NCBI GenBank assembly: GCA_965248965.1 | Contig: CBDFKZ010000003.1 | Coordinates: 501,306 to 565,305, forward strand | Origin: Sphingomonas sp. | Lineage (GTDB): Bacteria > Pseudomonadota > Alphaproteobacteria > Sphingomonadales > Sphingomonadaceae | Length of the DNA: 64,000 nucleotides | Direction of reading: 5' to 3' | Shown: positions 49,324 through 58,394 of the stretch, in pieces | Layout: each line of letters begins with the position of its first letter | Numbering within the stretch: the first letter of the stretch is position 1 | Notes under the pieces: model-generated | Told to the model about the DNA's origin: nothing | Seen by the model: only the letters and a program-made list of their open reading frames with translations | Databases searched by the model: none | Program-made: the position numbers and the translations under genes

Positions 49324-50091
49324 ATGAAACATTTCGCATCAATGACCTTGCTTGCCGGCCTGCTGTCGGGCTGCGGCGCCGTCGGCCACCTGAAAGCCGT
49401 CGGCAAACCGCCCAAGATGACGGCGATGGAAGAGATGCCGAGCCCCGCCGTGCAGCCCTCGATCGGCCTTCAGGGCGCGAGCAACCGTGCAGGCGGCGAG
49501 GTTGCGGCGGTCGCGCCGACGCCACCGGCGCCGGCGCCCAGTGCATCGCTGTTCCGTACCGGCGCCGGTGCGTTCTTCCGCGACCAACGTGCCGGGCGTG
49601 TGGGCGATATCCTGACGATCCGCATCAATGTCGCCGACAAGGCCGCGGTCGACAACACGACGACGCGCAGCCGCGGCGGCAGCGAGAAGTCGGGCATAGC
49701 GTCGCTGCTCGGCTTGCAGACCCCGTTGGCCAAGCTGACAGGCACGGATCCGTCGAAGCTGGTCGATACCAACTCGACGTCGCAGTCGAGCGGTGCCGGC
49801 AACACGAGCCGAAGCGAGACGATCAACATGACCATGGCGGCAACCGTCGTCGGCGTCATGCCCAACGGCAATCTGGTGATCCGCGGCAAGCAGGAAGTGC
49901 GCGTCAACTTCGAACTCCGCGAACTTGTCGTATCCGGCATCGTCCGCCCGGAAGATATCGCGCGTGACAACAGTATCCGCCACAGCCAGATCGCCGAAGC
50001 CCGGATCAGCTATGGCGGGCGCGGCCAGCTGACCGATGCGCAGCAGGCCCGCTGGGGACAGCAAATCTACGACGCGTTGTTTCCGTTCTGA
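49324..50091 (+). CDS. flgH: L-ring protein FlgH
   Basis: Lipobox LLSGC, FFRDQRA...VGDILT, GNLVIRG, ARISYGGRG. Confidence 0.96.
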   Translation: MKHFASMTLLAGLLSGCGAVGHLKAVGKPPKMTAMEEMPSPAVQPSIGLQGASNRAGGEVAAVAPTPPAPAPSASLFRTGAGAFFRDQRAGRVGDILTIRINVADKAAVDNTTTRSRGGSEKSGIASLLGLQTPLAKLTGTDPSKLVDTNSTSQSSGAGNTSRSETINMTMAATVVGVMPNGNLVIRGKQEVRVNFELRELVVSGIVRPEDIARDNSIRHSQIAEARISYGGRGQLTDAQQARWGQQIYDALFPF

Positions 50092-50109
50092 CTACAGTCA
50101 CTTGGTACA

Positions 50110-50125
50110 CTAACCCACAGTTAAC
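50110..50125 (+). promoter_or_regulatory. CtrA-like box upstream of flagellin
   Basis: CTAA-N7-TTAAC, one mismatch to TTAA-N7-TTAAC. Confidence 0.45.
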
Positions 50126-50267
50126 CTTAAATAAAACTGGGTGTTGATTTTGGTTAGCCTGTAATCCTTCCCACAATGAAGGGCGAGCCGGAAGACTTCG
50201 GTGCGTCGCGGGCCAGCGCTTCTGGCCCAGGTCGCAGAAGCGACCTTTCATCCAGAAGGACAAGATC

Positions 50268-51122
50268 ATGGGTTTATCGGTCAACACCAACACCGGCGCG
50301 ATGGCAGCTCTCCAGAGCCTGACATCGACCACCAAGGCACTCAGCATGACGTCGAACCGGATCACCACCGGTATGAACGTCTCGTCGACCAAGGATAACT
50401 CGGCAGCCTATACGACTGCCCAGAGCCTCCGCAGCGACCTGGGCGGCCTGCAGGCGGTGACTTCCTCGCTGGCACGCGCCAAGAGCGTGACCGACGTGGC
50501 GATCGCCGGTGCCGAGCAGATTTCCGATGTCGTCAACCAGATGAAGGCGAAGGCCTATCAGGCGGCCGATGCGGGAATCGATCAGTCAGCGCGTGACAAC
50601 ATCAACAAGGACTTCACGGCCCTTCGCGATCAGATCACGACGATCGTCAACGCGTCCAACTTCAACGGGACCAACCTGCTGAAGGCAAGCGGCGGCAGCG
50701 TTAGCGCGCTTCAGTCGCTGCAGGACTCGAACAGCACGACCACCGGCTGGCAGCCAGATGCGCTGTCGGTCGCCAACCAGGGCCTTGACCTGGGCGGCTC
50801 GGTGATCACGGTCGCCGCAAGTGGCAACGTCAGCACGGCTGCTGCTGCCACGTCGATGATCGACACGCTGACGACGACCCAGACCAACCTGGCCACTTCG
50901 CTCAGCGATCTGGGTTCGGCTTCGCGCAACATCGATGCGCAGTCGACGTTCACCAGCAAGCTGTCCGATTCGATCGATGCAGGTATCGGCAACCTTGTCG
51001 ATGCCGATCTGGCCAAGGAATCGGCGAAGCTTCAGGCTCTCCAGGTCAAGCAGCAGCTTGGCGTGCAGGCCCTGTCGATCGCCAACCAGGCGCCGCAGAC
51101 GATCACGTCGCTGTTCCGTTAA
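50268..51122 (+). CDS. Flagellin, Caulobacter Flj-type
   Basis: SVNTNTGAM...RITTG...GNLVDADLAKESAKLQALQVKQQLGVQALSIANQ; 284 aa. Confidence 0.97.
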   Translation: MGLSVNTNTGAMAALQSLTSTTKALSMTSNRITTGMNVSSTKDNSAAYTTAQSLRSDLGGLQAVTSSLARAKSVTDVAIAGAEQISDVVNQMKAKAYQAADAGIDQSARDNINKDFTALRDQITTIVNASNFNGTNLLKASGGSVSALQSLQDSNSTTTGWQPDALSVANQGLDLGGSVITVAASGNVSTAAAATSMIDTLTTTQTNLATSLSDLGSASRNIDAQSTFTSKLSDSIDAGIGNLVDADLAKESAKLQALQVKQQLGVQALSIANQAPQTITSLFR

Positions 51123-51134
51123 GGAATGGAGACA

Positions 51135-51156
51135 CCTCCGGCAGCAATGCCGGGGG
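51135..51156 (+). terminator. Hairpin after flagellin
   Basis: CCTCCGGCA-GCAA-TGCCGGGGG; further hairpins follow to about 51230. Confidence 0.5.
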
Positions 51157-51260
51157 CTTCTGCAGGGGGGCCGGGACGACGTGTATCGTCTCGGCCCTTC
51201 GCGTTTCCGCCGCCGGAATTCGTCCGGCGGCTCAGTTTGCTTTAGGTGGAGGAATCCGCT

Positions 51261-51665
51261 GTGTTTCCAAGAATTCGCGAGATCACGGATGCTTTCGGTG
51301 CGTGTCTGCGGGTCAGCGTCGATGCGCACCCGACCGGGGCGCTGGTGGTTTTCGACCGGCCCGACCGCATGCTCTATCCGACGGCCGTGCTCGATGGATA
51401 TGGCGCCGAGGTGCTGTGTGGCTATATCATGGCGGCCCGCCTGGCCCTGCCCAACGATCTGCCCGAAGAGGTCGTCGACGGGCCGTTCGCGTCGCGCTTC
51501 GGCCTTGAGCAAGGGGATCGCACGGCGCTGGTCGTCAAGCAGTCGGGCGCTCGCCATGATTTCGAGATCCCCGCGCCGTTCTGGGACCGGCTGTACGCCG
51601 AATTGTGCGTCGTCATCGCGCATTCGCGCGAGATCGGGCGCCGGTCGGCGACGCGGCTTCAATGA
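51261..51665 (+). CDS. Hypothetical protein
   Basis: GGAGGA RBS before GTG; globular-looking 134 aa; no family recognised. Confidence 0.75.
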   Translation: MFPRIREITDAFGACLRVSVDAHPTGALVVFDRPDRMLYPTAVLDGYGAEVLCGYIMAARLALPNDLPEEVVDGPFASRFGLEQGDRTALVVKQSGARHDFEIPAPFWDRLYAELCVVIAHSREIGRRSATRLQ

Positions 51666-51779
51666 CGTAGCAATACCTAGGCATTTTTCCTGAATAGTCG
51701 GCGCGCTCGGTCGCGCCCATCCGATTGGGGCCGGCGCATCTCGATGCGTCGGCTTGTCGCTTAACTCGCGGGGGGTCGC

Positions 51780-52226
51780 ATGAAACCGGAATATGTCGTC
51801 CTTGGCCAAGACCGGGCTGCTTATGCAAACACGCAGCCGCAGCCCGAATTTCGGGTCAGCCTGACGCTTGCCATTTCGGACACGCGCGCCCTCTGGACGG
51901 CGGCCGCGGCTCGCCTGCTTGCCGTGCCGGGCACCACGCTGGAAGAGGTGATCGAGGTTATCGGACCGAGTGAAGATCCCTCGCCGCATGACTGCCTTGC
52001 CGCGCTGACCAAGCCCGACGTCTTGCCCGGCTGTGTACTTGCCGATTTCTGGATCGACGGCTTGCCCGAGACCAAGGCGCGCCATGAGCCTGTCCGCAGC
52101 GCCGTGGAGCGCCGCGTGATCGCGGCCGAGCGTCCCGTAAAATCGATTTCTGCGCGAACAGAGGTTGCGCCCGGCTTGCGCATTTCCCTTTCGGACGGGT
52201 CCCCGCATCAACGACAGGTAAACTGA
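51780..52226 (+). CDS. Hypothetical protein
   Basis: 148 aa ORF with a G-rich RBS-like stretch, followed by a terminator. Confidence 0.7.
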   Translation: MKPEYVVLGQDRAAYANTQPQPEFRVSLTLAISDTRALWTAAAARLLAVPGTTLEEVIEVIGPSEDPSPHDCLAALTKPDVLPGCVLADFWIDGLPETKARHEPVRSAVERRVIAAERPVKSISARTEVAPGLRISLSDGSPHQRQVN

Positions 52227-52264
52227 CAGATCGAAGTTTCTTCGGGATCGCATTCACAAGAAAC

Positions 52265-52297
52265 AAAAAAAACAGGCCGGAAACGGCCTGTTTTTTT
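52265..52297. terminator. Bidirectional intrinsic terminator
   Basis: A8-CAGGCC-GGAAAC-GGCCTG-T7. Confidence 0.92.
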
Positions 52298-52380
52298 ATG
52301 TCGGGATAGGGACGGCGGGGAAGGTGGGAACCCGGAAGCAGTGGGGGCGGGGTGGGGGTGGGGGATGCTTCCGGGCTCCT
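52265..52380 (-). ncRNA. Candidate small RNA (or flgD 3' UTR element) with a C-rich loop
   Basis: TATAAT at 52386-52391 (minus strand); 14-bp stem starting at the predicted +1 with a 25-nt C-rich loop; U8 terminator. Confidence 0.55.
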
Positions 52381-52447
52381 GTTTCATTATAGAAAGGCGT
52401 CTTGCGTTGCGGCCTTTCTGCAAAAAAACTTTCTTACTTTCAGATGC

Positions 52448-53137
52448 TTACGCTGCAGAAGCGAGGCCGATCAGCGTGTTGATCGGCAATTGGGCACCGT
52501 TTACGTCGAGCGAAATTCCGCCGTTTTCCGCGCTGATGCCCCCGACCGTGCCGACGCTGTGGATCGTTACCGGCACGGTCGCCCCAGCGGCATTCCGAGC
52601 GGTCATCGACAGAGTGTAGGCACCTGCCGGCGCCTTGTCGCCATTGGCGAGCGTGCCGTCCCAGCTGAAGCTGCCCTGGCGACCGCCAAGGTTCACGTCG
52701 CGCGTGTCGACCACGGCGCCCGCGGCGTTGGTGATCTGCATCTTGCCCGAAGCTACGGCGACGTCCGCCGAATAGGTCCAGCTCGCCGGCTTCGCGCCCA
52801 GCCCGGCCACCGCGGAGTTGAATTCGGCGTCCTTGCCGATGAAGCCCGATGCCTGGGCCATGGTCTGGTTCGTCAGGCTGGCAAGAATGTCCTTCAGCGT
52901 CGACGATTGCTGGACGGTCTGTTCGACCTGCGAATATTGCACGAGCTGCTGGGTATATTGCGCGCTGTCCATGGGGCTCAGCGGATCCTGGTTCTGCATC
53001 TGCGTCGTCAGAAGCTTCAGGAACATGTTGAAATCAGCGCCGATTGTGCCCTTCGGCGATGTACTGGCAGTCGCCAGCGACTGCAGGCCGGTGCTCGCCG
53101 AAGCCGGAAGGCTGGCTGAGGGAGAGATGAGTGTCAT
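52448..53137 (-). CDS. flgD: Hook capping protein FlgD
   Basis: FLKLLTTQMQNQDPLSPMD, QYSQVEQ, FSWDG. Confidence 0.96.
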   Translation of the reverse strand: MTLISPSASLPASASTGLQSLATASTSPKGTIGADFNMFLKLLTTQMQNQDPLSPMDSAQYTQQLVQYSQVEQTVQQSSTLKDILASLTNQTMAQASGFIGKDAEFNSAVAGLGAKPASWTYSADVAVASGKMQITNAAGAVVDTRDVNLGGRQGSFSWDGTLANGDKAPAGAYTLSMTARNAAGATVPVTIHSVGTVGGISAENGGISLDVNGAQLPINTLIGLASAA

Positions 53138-53149
53138 GTCGGCTGTTTC

Positions 53150-54520
53150 CTATGCCATGAGGTTGTAACGGCCGCGCGTCTGCAGGGTGCGGAACGCGGT
53201 CTGGTCGAATATTTCGGGCTCTACATCGGCCCCGTTGCCCTGCCTGGGCGTGGCAGTCTGCCATGGCGTGCGCGGCTGGCCGCCGCTGCCTCGCTCACCG
53301 CTGTCGAAGCGCAAAACATGGGTTTCGCTGCGGAACCCGGCGTCGTTCAGGGCGCGCGACAGGTCGGCACTGTCCCGGCGCAACATGTCGAGCGCGGCCG
53401 GCTTGTCGGCAGCGAACACCGTGCTCAGGCCCCCGCGATCGTCGAACGACATGCGCACTTCGATCCGGCCGAGTTCGGCCGGCGAAAGATGGACGACCAG
53501 CTGGTCGCCGCCCGCAGAGATGCGCCGGACGACTTCCACGCCAAGATCATGGCCGAGGCGTCCGGGTTGTGCCGCGATGACCGGCTGCGCAGCCGGTGGC
53601 GCCTTTGCGTCCGGGGCATGGGTCGGCGCGCGCACGGACTCTTGACCGGTAAGGGCTGATGCACCCACCGACGTCTCGCCCTTGGCGGATGCCGCCGTCG
53701 GAAGCGCGAAACCCGCCGCATCGCCGTCAGGGCTCGCACGGGTCGCCTGACCAGTGGTCGGGTCGATGTCGTGTGCCGGGTGCCCCGAAATGCCGGTGAC
53801 GGCACCTTTGCCTGTCGCGGGATCGGGATCGACGCTGCCCCGGGTGCCCGGTGCGGCGCCGTTCACGCCCGGCACCGGCACGGCAGGAAGAGGAACGGCC
53901 GGCGACGCAACCGCCGCGACGGGCTCGCCGCCGAGTGCAGGATCGGGGTCTTTTTCGGCCTTTCCCGTGTCCGCCTTTCGCTCGGAAGGCTGCGCGTTGC
54001 GAACGGGTCCGGATCGGTCGAACGGCCGGGAAAGCACGACCATGCAGACACCGGCGGGCAGCGACGGGTCCGCTTCGCCTTCACCGGTATTTTTTCCAGT
54101 TTTCGGATCGCCCTTCGAGACAAGCTGGTCTGTCGGCTGATTCACTCCCTTTTGCACGGCGTTCTGGACAGGAACCGGCGGCGCCTCTCCGGTGCCGGGC
54201 GGAAGCAAGGGCTCAGCTTTGACGATCTGCGGCGACGGCGGCTCGAGCCCGGATGCGCCTGGCGTCGGTTCCGCCGGCACAGGCGCGCCGTCACTCGGAC
54301 CGGCGACCAGAATGTCCGGCCCGAAAAGGGGCGACGAGAGCGGCGTCTTCCCGCTTGCTCCCGTCGATGGTGCATCATTCTGCGTCGATGCGCCTGCAGT
54401 CCCCGCGAGCGACGAGTCGACCGCCGAGGCAAAGCCCGCGCTGCTTTCGCTTGCGGAGGCAGGGTCGGGTCGCAAGCTGGCAGGCGGTCTGACGGGTTGG
54501 GGCTTTACGGCGTAATCCAT
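53150..54520 (-). CDS. fliK: Hook-length control protein FliK
   Basis: Low-complexity Pro/Ala N-terminus and LSPAELGRIEVRM T3S4 domain; upstream of flgD. Confidence 0.9.
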   Translation of the reverse strand: MDYAVKPQPVRPPASLRPDPASASESSAGFASAVDSSLAGTAGASTQNDAPSTGASGKTPLSSPLFGPDILVAGPSDGAPVPAEPTPGASGLEPPSPQIVKAEPLLPPGTGEAPPVPVQNAVQKGVNQPTDQLVSKGDPKTGKNTGEGEADPSLPAGVCMVVLSRPFDRSGPVRNAQPSERKADTGKAEKDPDPALGGEPVAAVASPAVPLPAVPVPGVNGAAPGTRGSVDPDPATGKGAVTGISGHPAHDIDPTTGQATRASPDGDAAGFALPTAASAKGETSVGASALTGQESVRAPTHAPDAKAPPAAQPVIAAQPGRLGHDLGVEVVRRISAGGDQLVVHLSPAELGRIEVRMSFDDRGGLSTVFAADKPAALDMLRRDSADLSRALNDAGFRSETHVLRFDSGERGSGGQPRTPWQTATPRQGNGADVEPEIFDQTAFRTLQTRGRYNLMA

Positions 54521-54590
54521 GCAATGCCTCTCATCGGGGCGCGCAGGCCCTTGTCTCTCTTATAGACGGCTGGCGCTGCAGACGGCCGAT

Positions 54591-56672
54591 TCAGCCGATC
54601 GTCCCCAGCGCCCGCACCCGCGCGCGGGCGTGAATTTCATTCTGCGACAGCACCACGGTGGCGGGCCGCACCCGCTCGATGATCGAGCGGACGAAGGGCC
54701 GGATCGACGGATTGGTCAGCATGCACGGGATGTCACCATTCGCGGCCAATCGGTCGTATGTTTCGCGCACAGCGGCAATGAAGGCCTGCAGGCTCGACGG
54801 TGCCATCGCCAGATGACGGTCGTCGCCCTGGCCGACGATGCTTTCGGCGAATTCATTGTCCCAGTGCGCCGACAAGGTCAGGATCGGAATCGTCCCTTCC
54901 CGGGTTTGCTGGGCCGAGATCTGGCGCGCCAGCCGGCTGCGGACATGCTCGGTCATCAGCGTCAGATTCTGGTGCAGCGGCGCGGCCTCGGCGATCCCTT
55001 CCATGATCGTCGGAATGTCGCGGATCGAAATGCCTTCGGACAGCAGGTTCTGCAGGATGCGCTGGACGCCCGAGATCGAGATCTTCGACGGCACGATTTC
55101 GGAAACGAGCTTCTCTGAATCCTTGTGGATTTCGGTAATCAGCTTGTGCGTTTCGGTGAAGGACAGCAGGTCGGCGATATTGTCCTTGACCAGTTCGGTC
55201 AGGTGGGTCGTGATGATCGTGCCGCAATCCACCACCGTCAGGCCGCGGACGCCGGCCTCGTCCCGCATGGCGCGGTCGATCCACAGCGCCGGCAGGTTGA
55301 ACACGGGTTCGCGCGTTTCCTCGCCTGAAATGCCGAGATTGCCCCCGTCGGCGTTGATGACGAGCAGCTTGTCCAGCCGGATCTCGCCGCGTGCCGCCTC
55401 GGTCTCCTTGATGTAGACGACGTATTCGTTGGCCTGCAGCGCCATGTTGTCGATGATGCGGACCGCGGGCAGGACGAAGCCGAAGTCGAGCGCCATCTGG
55501 CGGCGCAATGCCCGAACCTGGTCGTCGAGGCGCGGCTCGGCCGTGGAATCGTTGATCAGGGGCAGCAGCGCATAGCCGATTTCCAGTCGAACGGAGTCGA
55601 TCGCCAGCGTCCGGGAAACCGGTTCGTCGGCCTGTTGCGCCGCGGCACCGGCGGTGGCTTCGACAAGACGCTCGGCCGCGACCTCGGCTTCGGCGCGCTT
55701 GGTCATCTTCCACGCCAGCCAGCCGGCAAGTCCGGCGAAGGCGGCAAACGGGATAAAGGGCAGTCCCGGCATGATCGCCAGGCCGCCCATCAGCGCCGCT
55801 ACCATGCCGAAAGCCTTGGGATACCGGCCAAGCTGGACGCCGAGAGCGGCGCCCGTCTTGCCGCTGACGCCGCCCTTCGACACGAGAAGTCCGGCTGCGG
55901 TCGATACGATCAGGGCGGGGATCTGGCTGACCAGCCCGTCGCCGACGGTCAGGATGGTATAGCTGTGGAACGCCTGGTCGATCGGCACGCCGTGAATCGC
56001 CACGCCGATGATGAGGCCGACGATGATGTTGATCGCCGTGATCATCAGGCCGGCAACCGCGTCGCCCTTCACGAACTTCGACGCACCGTCCATGGCGCCG
56101 TAGAACCCGCTTTCGGCTTCGATCTCGCTGCGGCGTTCGCGCGCCTGCTGTTCGGTGATCATGCCCGCCGACAGGTCCGCATCGATCGCCATTTGCTTGC
56201 CGGGCATGGCGTCGAGGCTGAAGCGCGCGGCGACCTCTGCAATTCGGCCCGAACCCTTGGTGATCACGACGAAATTGATGACGACGAGAATGGCGAAGAT
56301 GGTGAGGCCGATGACCGGTTCGCCCCCCATCAGGAATTCGCCGAACGCGCCGATGACGCCGCCGGCAGCCTGGCTGCCTTCGTGCCCGTGCGACAGGATC
56401 AGCCGGGTCGATGCGAGGTTGAGGCCCAGCCGCAGCATCGTGGCGATCAGCAGGATCGTCGGAAACGCCGACAGTTCGAGCGGCTTTTCGATGAACAGCG
56501 CCGTCATGAGGATCATCACCGACAGGGTGATCGACAGCGCAAGCCCCATGTCGAGCATCCACGCCGGCAATGGCAGGATCAGCATGGCGATGATGGCGAC
56601 GACCGAGCCCGCCAGCGCGATGTCCGGCGTAAGCCCGAAGCGCCGGGTCAGGTCGTTCAGTATCGATTTCAT
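54591..56672 (-). CDS. flhA: Export gate protein FlhA
   Basis: RIAEVAARFSLDAMPGKQMAIDADL, FYGAMDGASKFVKGDA, TVGDGLVSQIPAL. Confidence 0.98.
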   Translation of the reverse strand: MKSILNDLTRRFGLTPDIALAGSVVAIIAMLILPLPAWMLDMGLALSITLSVMILMTALFIEKPLELSAFPTILLIATMLRLGLNLASTRLILSHGHEGSQAAGGVIGAFGEFLMGGEPVIGLTIFAILVVINFVVITKGSGRIAEVAARFSLDAMPGKQMAIDADLSAGMITEQQARERRSEIEAESGFYGAMDGASKFVKGDAVAGLMITAINIIVGLIIGVAIHGVPIDQAFHSYTILTVGDGLVSQIPALIVSTAAGLLVSKGGVSGKTGAALGVQLGRYPKAFGMVAALMGGLAIMPGLPFIPFAAFAGLAGWLAWKMTKRAEAEVAAERLVEATAGAAAQQADEPVSRTLAIDSVRLEIGYALLPLINDSTAEPRLDDQVRALRRQMALDFGFVLPAVRIIDNMALQANEYVVYIKETEAARGEIRLDKLLVINADGGNLGISGEETREPVFNLPALWIDRAMRDEAGVRGLTVVDCGTIITTHLTELVKDNIADLLSFTETHKLITEIHKDSEKLVSEIVPSKISISGVQRILQNLLSEGISIRDIPTIMEGIAEAAPLHQNLTLMTEHVRSRLARQISAQQTREGTIPILTLSAHWDNEFAESIVGQGDDRHLAMAPSSLQAFIAAVRETYDRLAANGDIPCMLTNPSIRPFVRSIIERVRPATVVLSQNEIHARARVRALGTIG

Positions 56673-56682
56673 CGGACGGTGC

Positions 56683-58023
56683 TCAATGCGCCGGCTCGAC
56701 GGCAATGCCGGCCTCGATGAATGTCCTCAGCTTGTTGCGCATCGTGCGCACCGAGATGCCGAGGATCGTCGAGGCCGTGGTGCGGTTGCCGCCGCAATGT
56801 TCGAGCGTGTGAAGGATCAGGTCGCGTTCGACATCGTCGACGGTGCGACCGACGAGGGACGCGGCCGGATCTCGGCCGATCGTGGGCTTCGATGCCCCCA
56901 GAGGCTTGCCGTCGGCCGCGACGATCGCGCTGCCCTGGATCCGTTCGCCCTGGGCAAGCAGGACGGCGCGATGGATCACGCTTTCGAGCTCGCGGACATT
57001 GCCGGGCCACTCATGGCGGGTGAGCGACTGTATGGCATCGGGCGCGAAGGGACGCGCGGCCAGGCCGTTCGCGGCGGCGAACCGCGCGCCGAAATATTGC
57101 GCGATGGCGATGATATCGTCGCCACGTGTGCGTAGCGGCGGTATCGCTACGCGGACGAGGGACAGGCGCGTAAGCAGGCTGCCGAGGAACTGCCCCTTGG
57201 CGACGAGGGCGTCGAGATCGACGGACGTGCCGGCGATGATGCGCGCGTGCGACATCGGGGCGCCGCCTTCGGCGGACCTCGCTTGCTGCACCTGGAGCAT
57301 CGTCAGCAGGCGCGCCTGGGTGGCGAGCGCCAGCGATCCGATTTCGCGCAAATAGATGGTGCCGTACCGGGCGTCCTCCAGCCCGCCACGGCGCGGCGCG
57401 ACGGCACCGGCGAAATCGCCGGCGCCATGGCCGAACAGTTCGGAGTCGATGATGTCGCTGCTCGTGCTGGCGCAGTCGACGGTCAGGAAGCGTCCGGTCC
57501 TTGCCGATGCGGCGTGCACGGTGCGGGCGAAGATTTCGCGACCGCTGCCGAGCTCCCCGCTGATGATAATGGGTGCGCTCGACGGCGCCATGGCAAGGCC
57601 GAGCGACAGCGCGCGACGCAGTTCCGGGTCGTCGCCGACGAGCCGGGCGCCATGCCGGGCCACCGACAGGATTGCCGCTGCAATGAGATCGGCCTGCGGC
57701 GGCAGCGGGACATAGTCGCGCGCGCCGCCCCGAATGGCGGCAACGGCGCGGTCGGCCGACGCGTCGATACCGCAGGCGATGACCGGGACGGCGATATGTT
57801 CGGCGCGGAGTTGCGCGATGAAGCGCGCAACGTCCTCGGCGACGTCGATCATGACAAGATCGCTGCCCGTGTCGCGCAATTTGCGAAGCGCCGTGCCGGC
57901 GTCGTCCGCCATGACGACATTGGCGCCGGTCTCTCGGGCCATCGCGGCGGCGGTGCGGAATTCGCTGCCGGGCGCGCCGACCAGAAGCATGTGAATGGAT
58001 CCGGTAGCCAGCACCACGCTCAA
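56683..58023 (-). CDS. flbD: FlbD-like regulator with degenerate AAA+ domain
   Basis: Receiver + AAA+ + Fis HTH (ILGISVRTMRNKL), downstream of fliN as in Caulobacter; catalytic motifs altered. Confidence 0.88.
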   Translation of the reverse strand: MSVVLATGSIHMLLVGAPGSEFRTAAAMARETGANVVMADDAGTALRKLRDTGSDLVMIDVAEDVARFIAQLRAEHIAVPVIACGIDASADRAVAAIRGGARDYVPLPPQADLIAAAILSVARHGARLVGDDPELRRALSLGLAMAPSSAPIIISGELGSGREIFARTVHAASARTGRFLTVDCASTSSDIIDSELFGHGAGDFAGAVAPRRGGLEDARYGTIYLREIGSLALATQARLLTMLQVQQARSAEGGAPMSHARIIAGTSVDLDALVAKGQFLGSLLTRLSLVRVAIPPLRTRGDDIIAIAQYFGARFAAANGLAARPFAPDAIQSLTRHEWPGNVRELESVIHRAVLLAQGERIQGSAIVAADGKPLGASKPTIGRDPAASLVGRTVDDVERDLILHTLEHCGGNRTTASTILGISVRTMRNKLRTFIEAGIAVEPAH

Positions 58024-58394
58024 TGCTCCTGGCGGACGATTTCGGTCAGCGTTACGCCAAGCGAATTCTCAATCATCACGACCTCGCCGCGGGCGATGAG
58101 GCGGTTGTTGACGAAGATGTCGACCGGCTCGCCGACGCGGCGATCGAGCTCGACCACGGCGCCCGCTTTCAGCTGCATCAGCGCGCCAATCGCAATGCGT
58201 GACCTGCCGAGCACGGCCTGTACCTTGACGGGCACGTCATAGACGGCCTCCAGGCGTTCGGCCGCCGCCTCGGGCGTCTCGCTTACCGGGTCGGGCCCGC
58301 CGAAATCCTCGAGCGGCGGCGGGTTACCGGGAAGGTTTTCCGCCAGCATCACTTCCTGCGCTTCGCTGTCCATGTTTTGGGGAGTCTCCATCAT
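58020..58394 (-). CDS. fliN: Motor switch protein FliN
   Basis: AVYDVPVKVQAVLGRS...GEPVDIFVNNRLIARGEVV. Confidence 0.95.
   Translation of the reverse strand: MMETPQNMDSEAQEVMLAENLPGNPPPLEDFGGPDPVSETPEAAAERLEAVYDVPVKVQAVLGRSRIAIGALMQLKAGAVVELDRRVGEPVDIFVNNRLIARGEVVMIENSLGVTLTEIVRQEH

Noticed and set aside
50222-50236. TGGCCC...GCA upstream of flagellin as a sigma54 promoter
   Set aside because: The GG-to-GC spacing is 2 nt too short for -24/-12; it is better explained as part of a leader hairpin.
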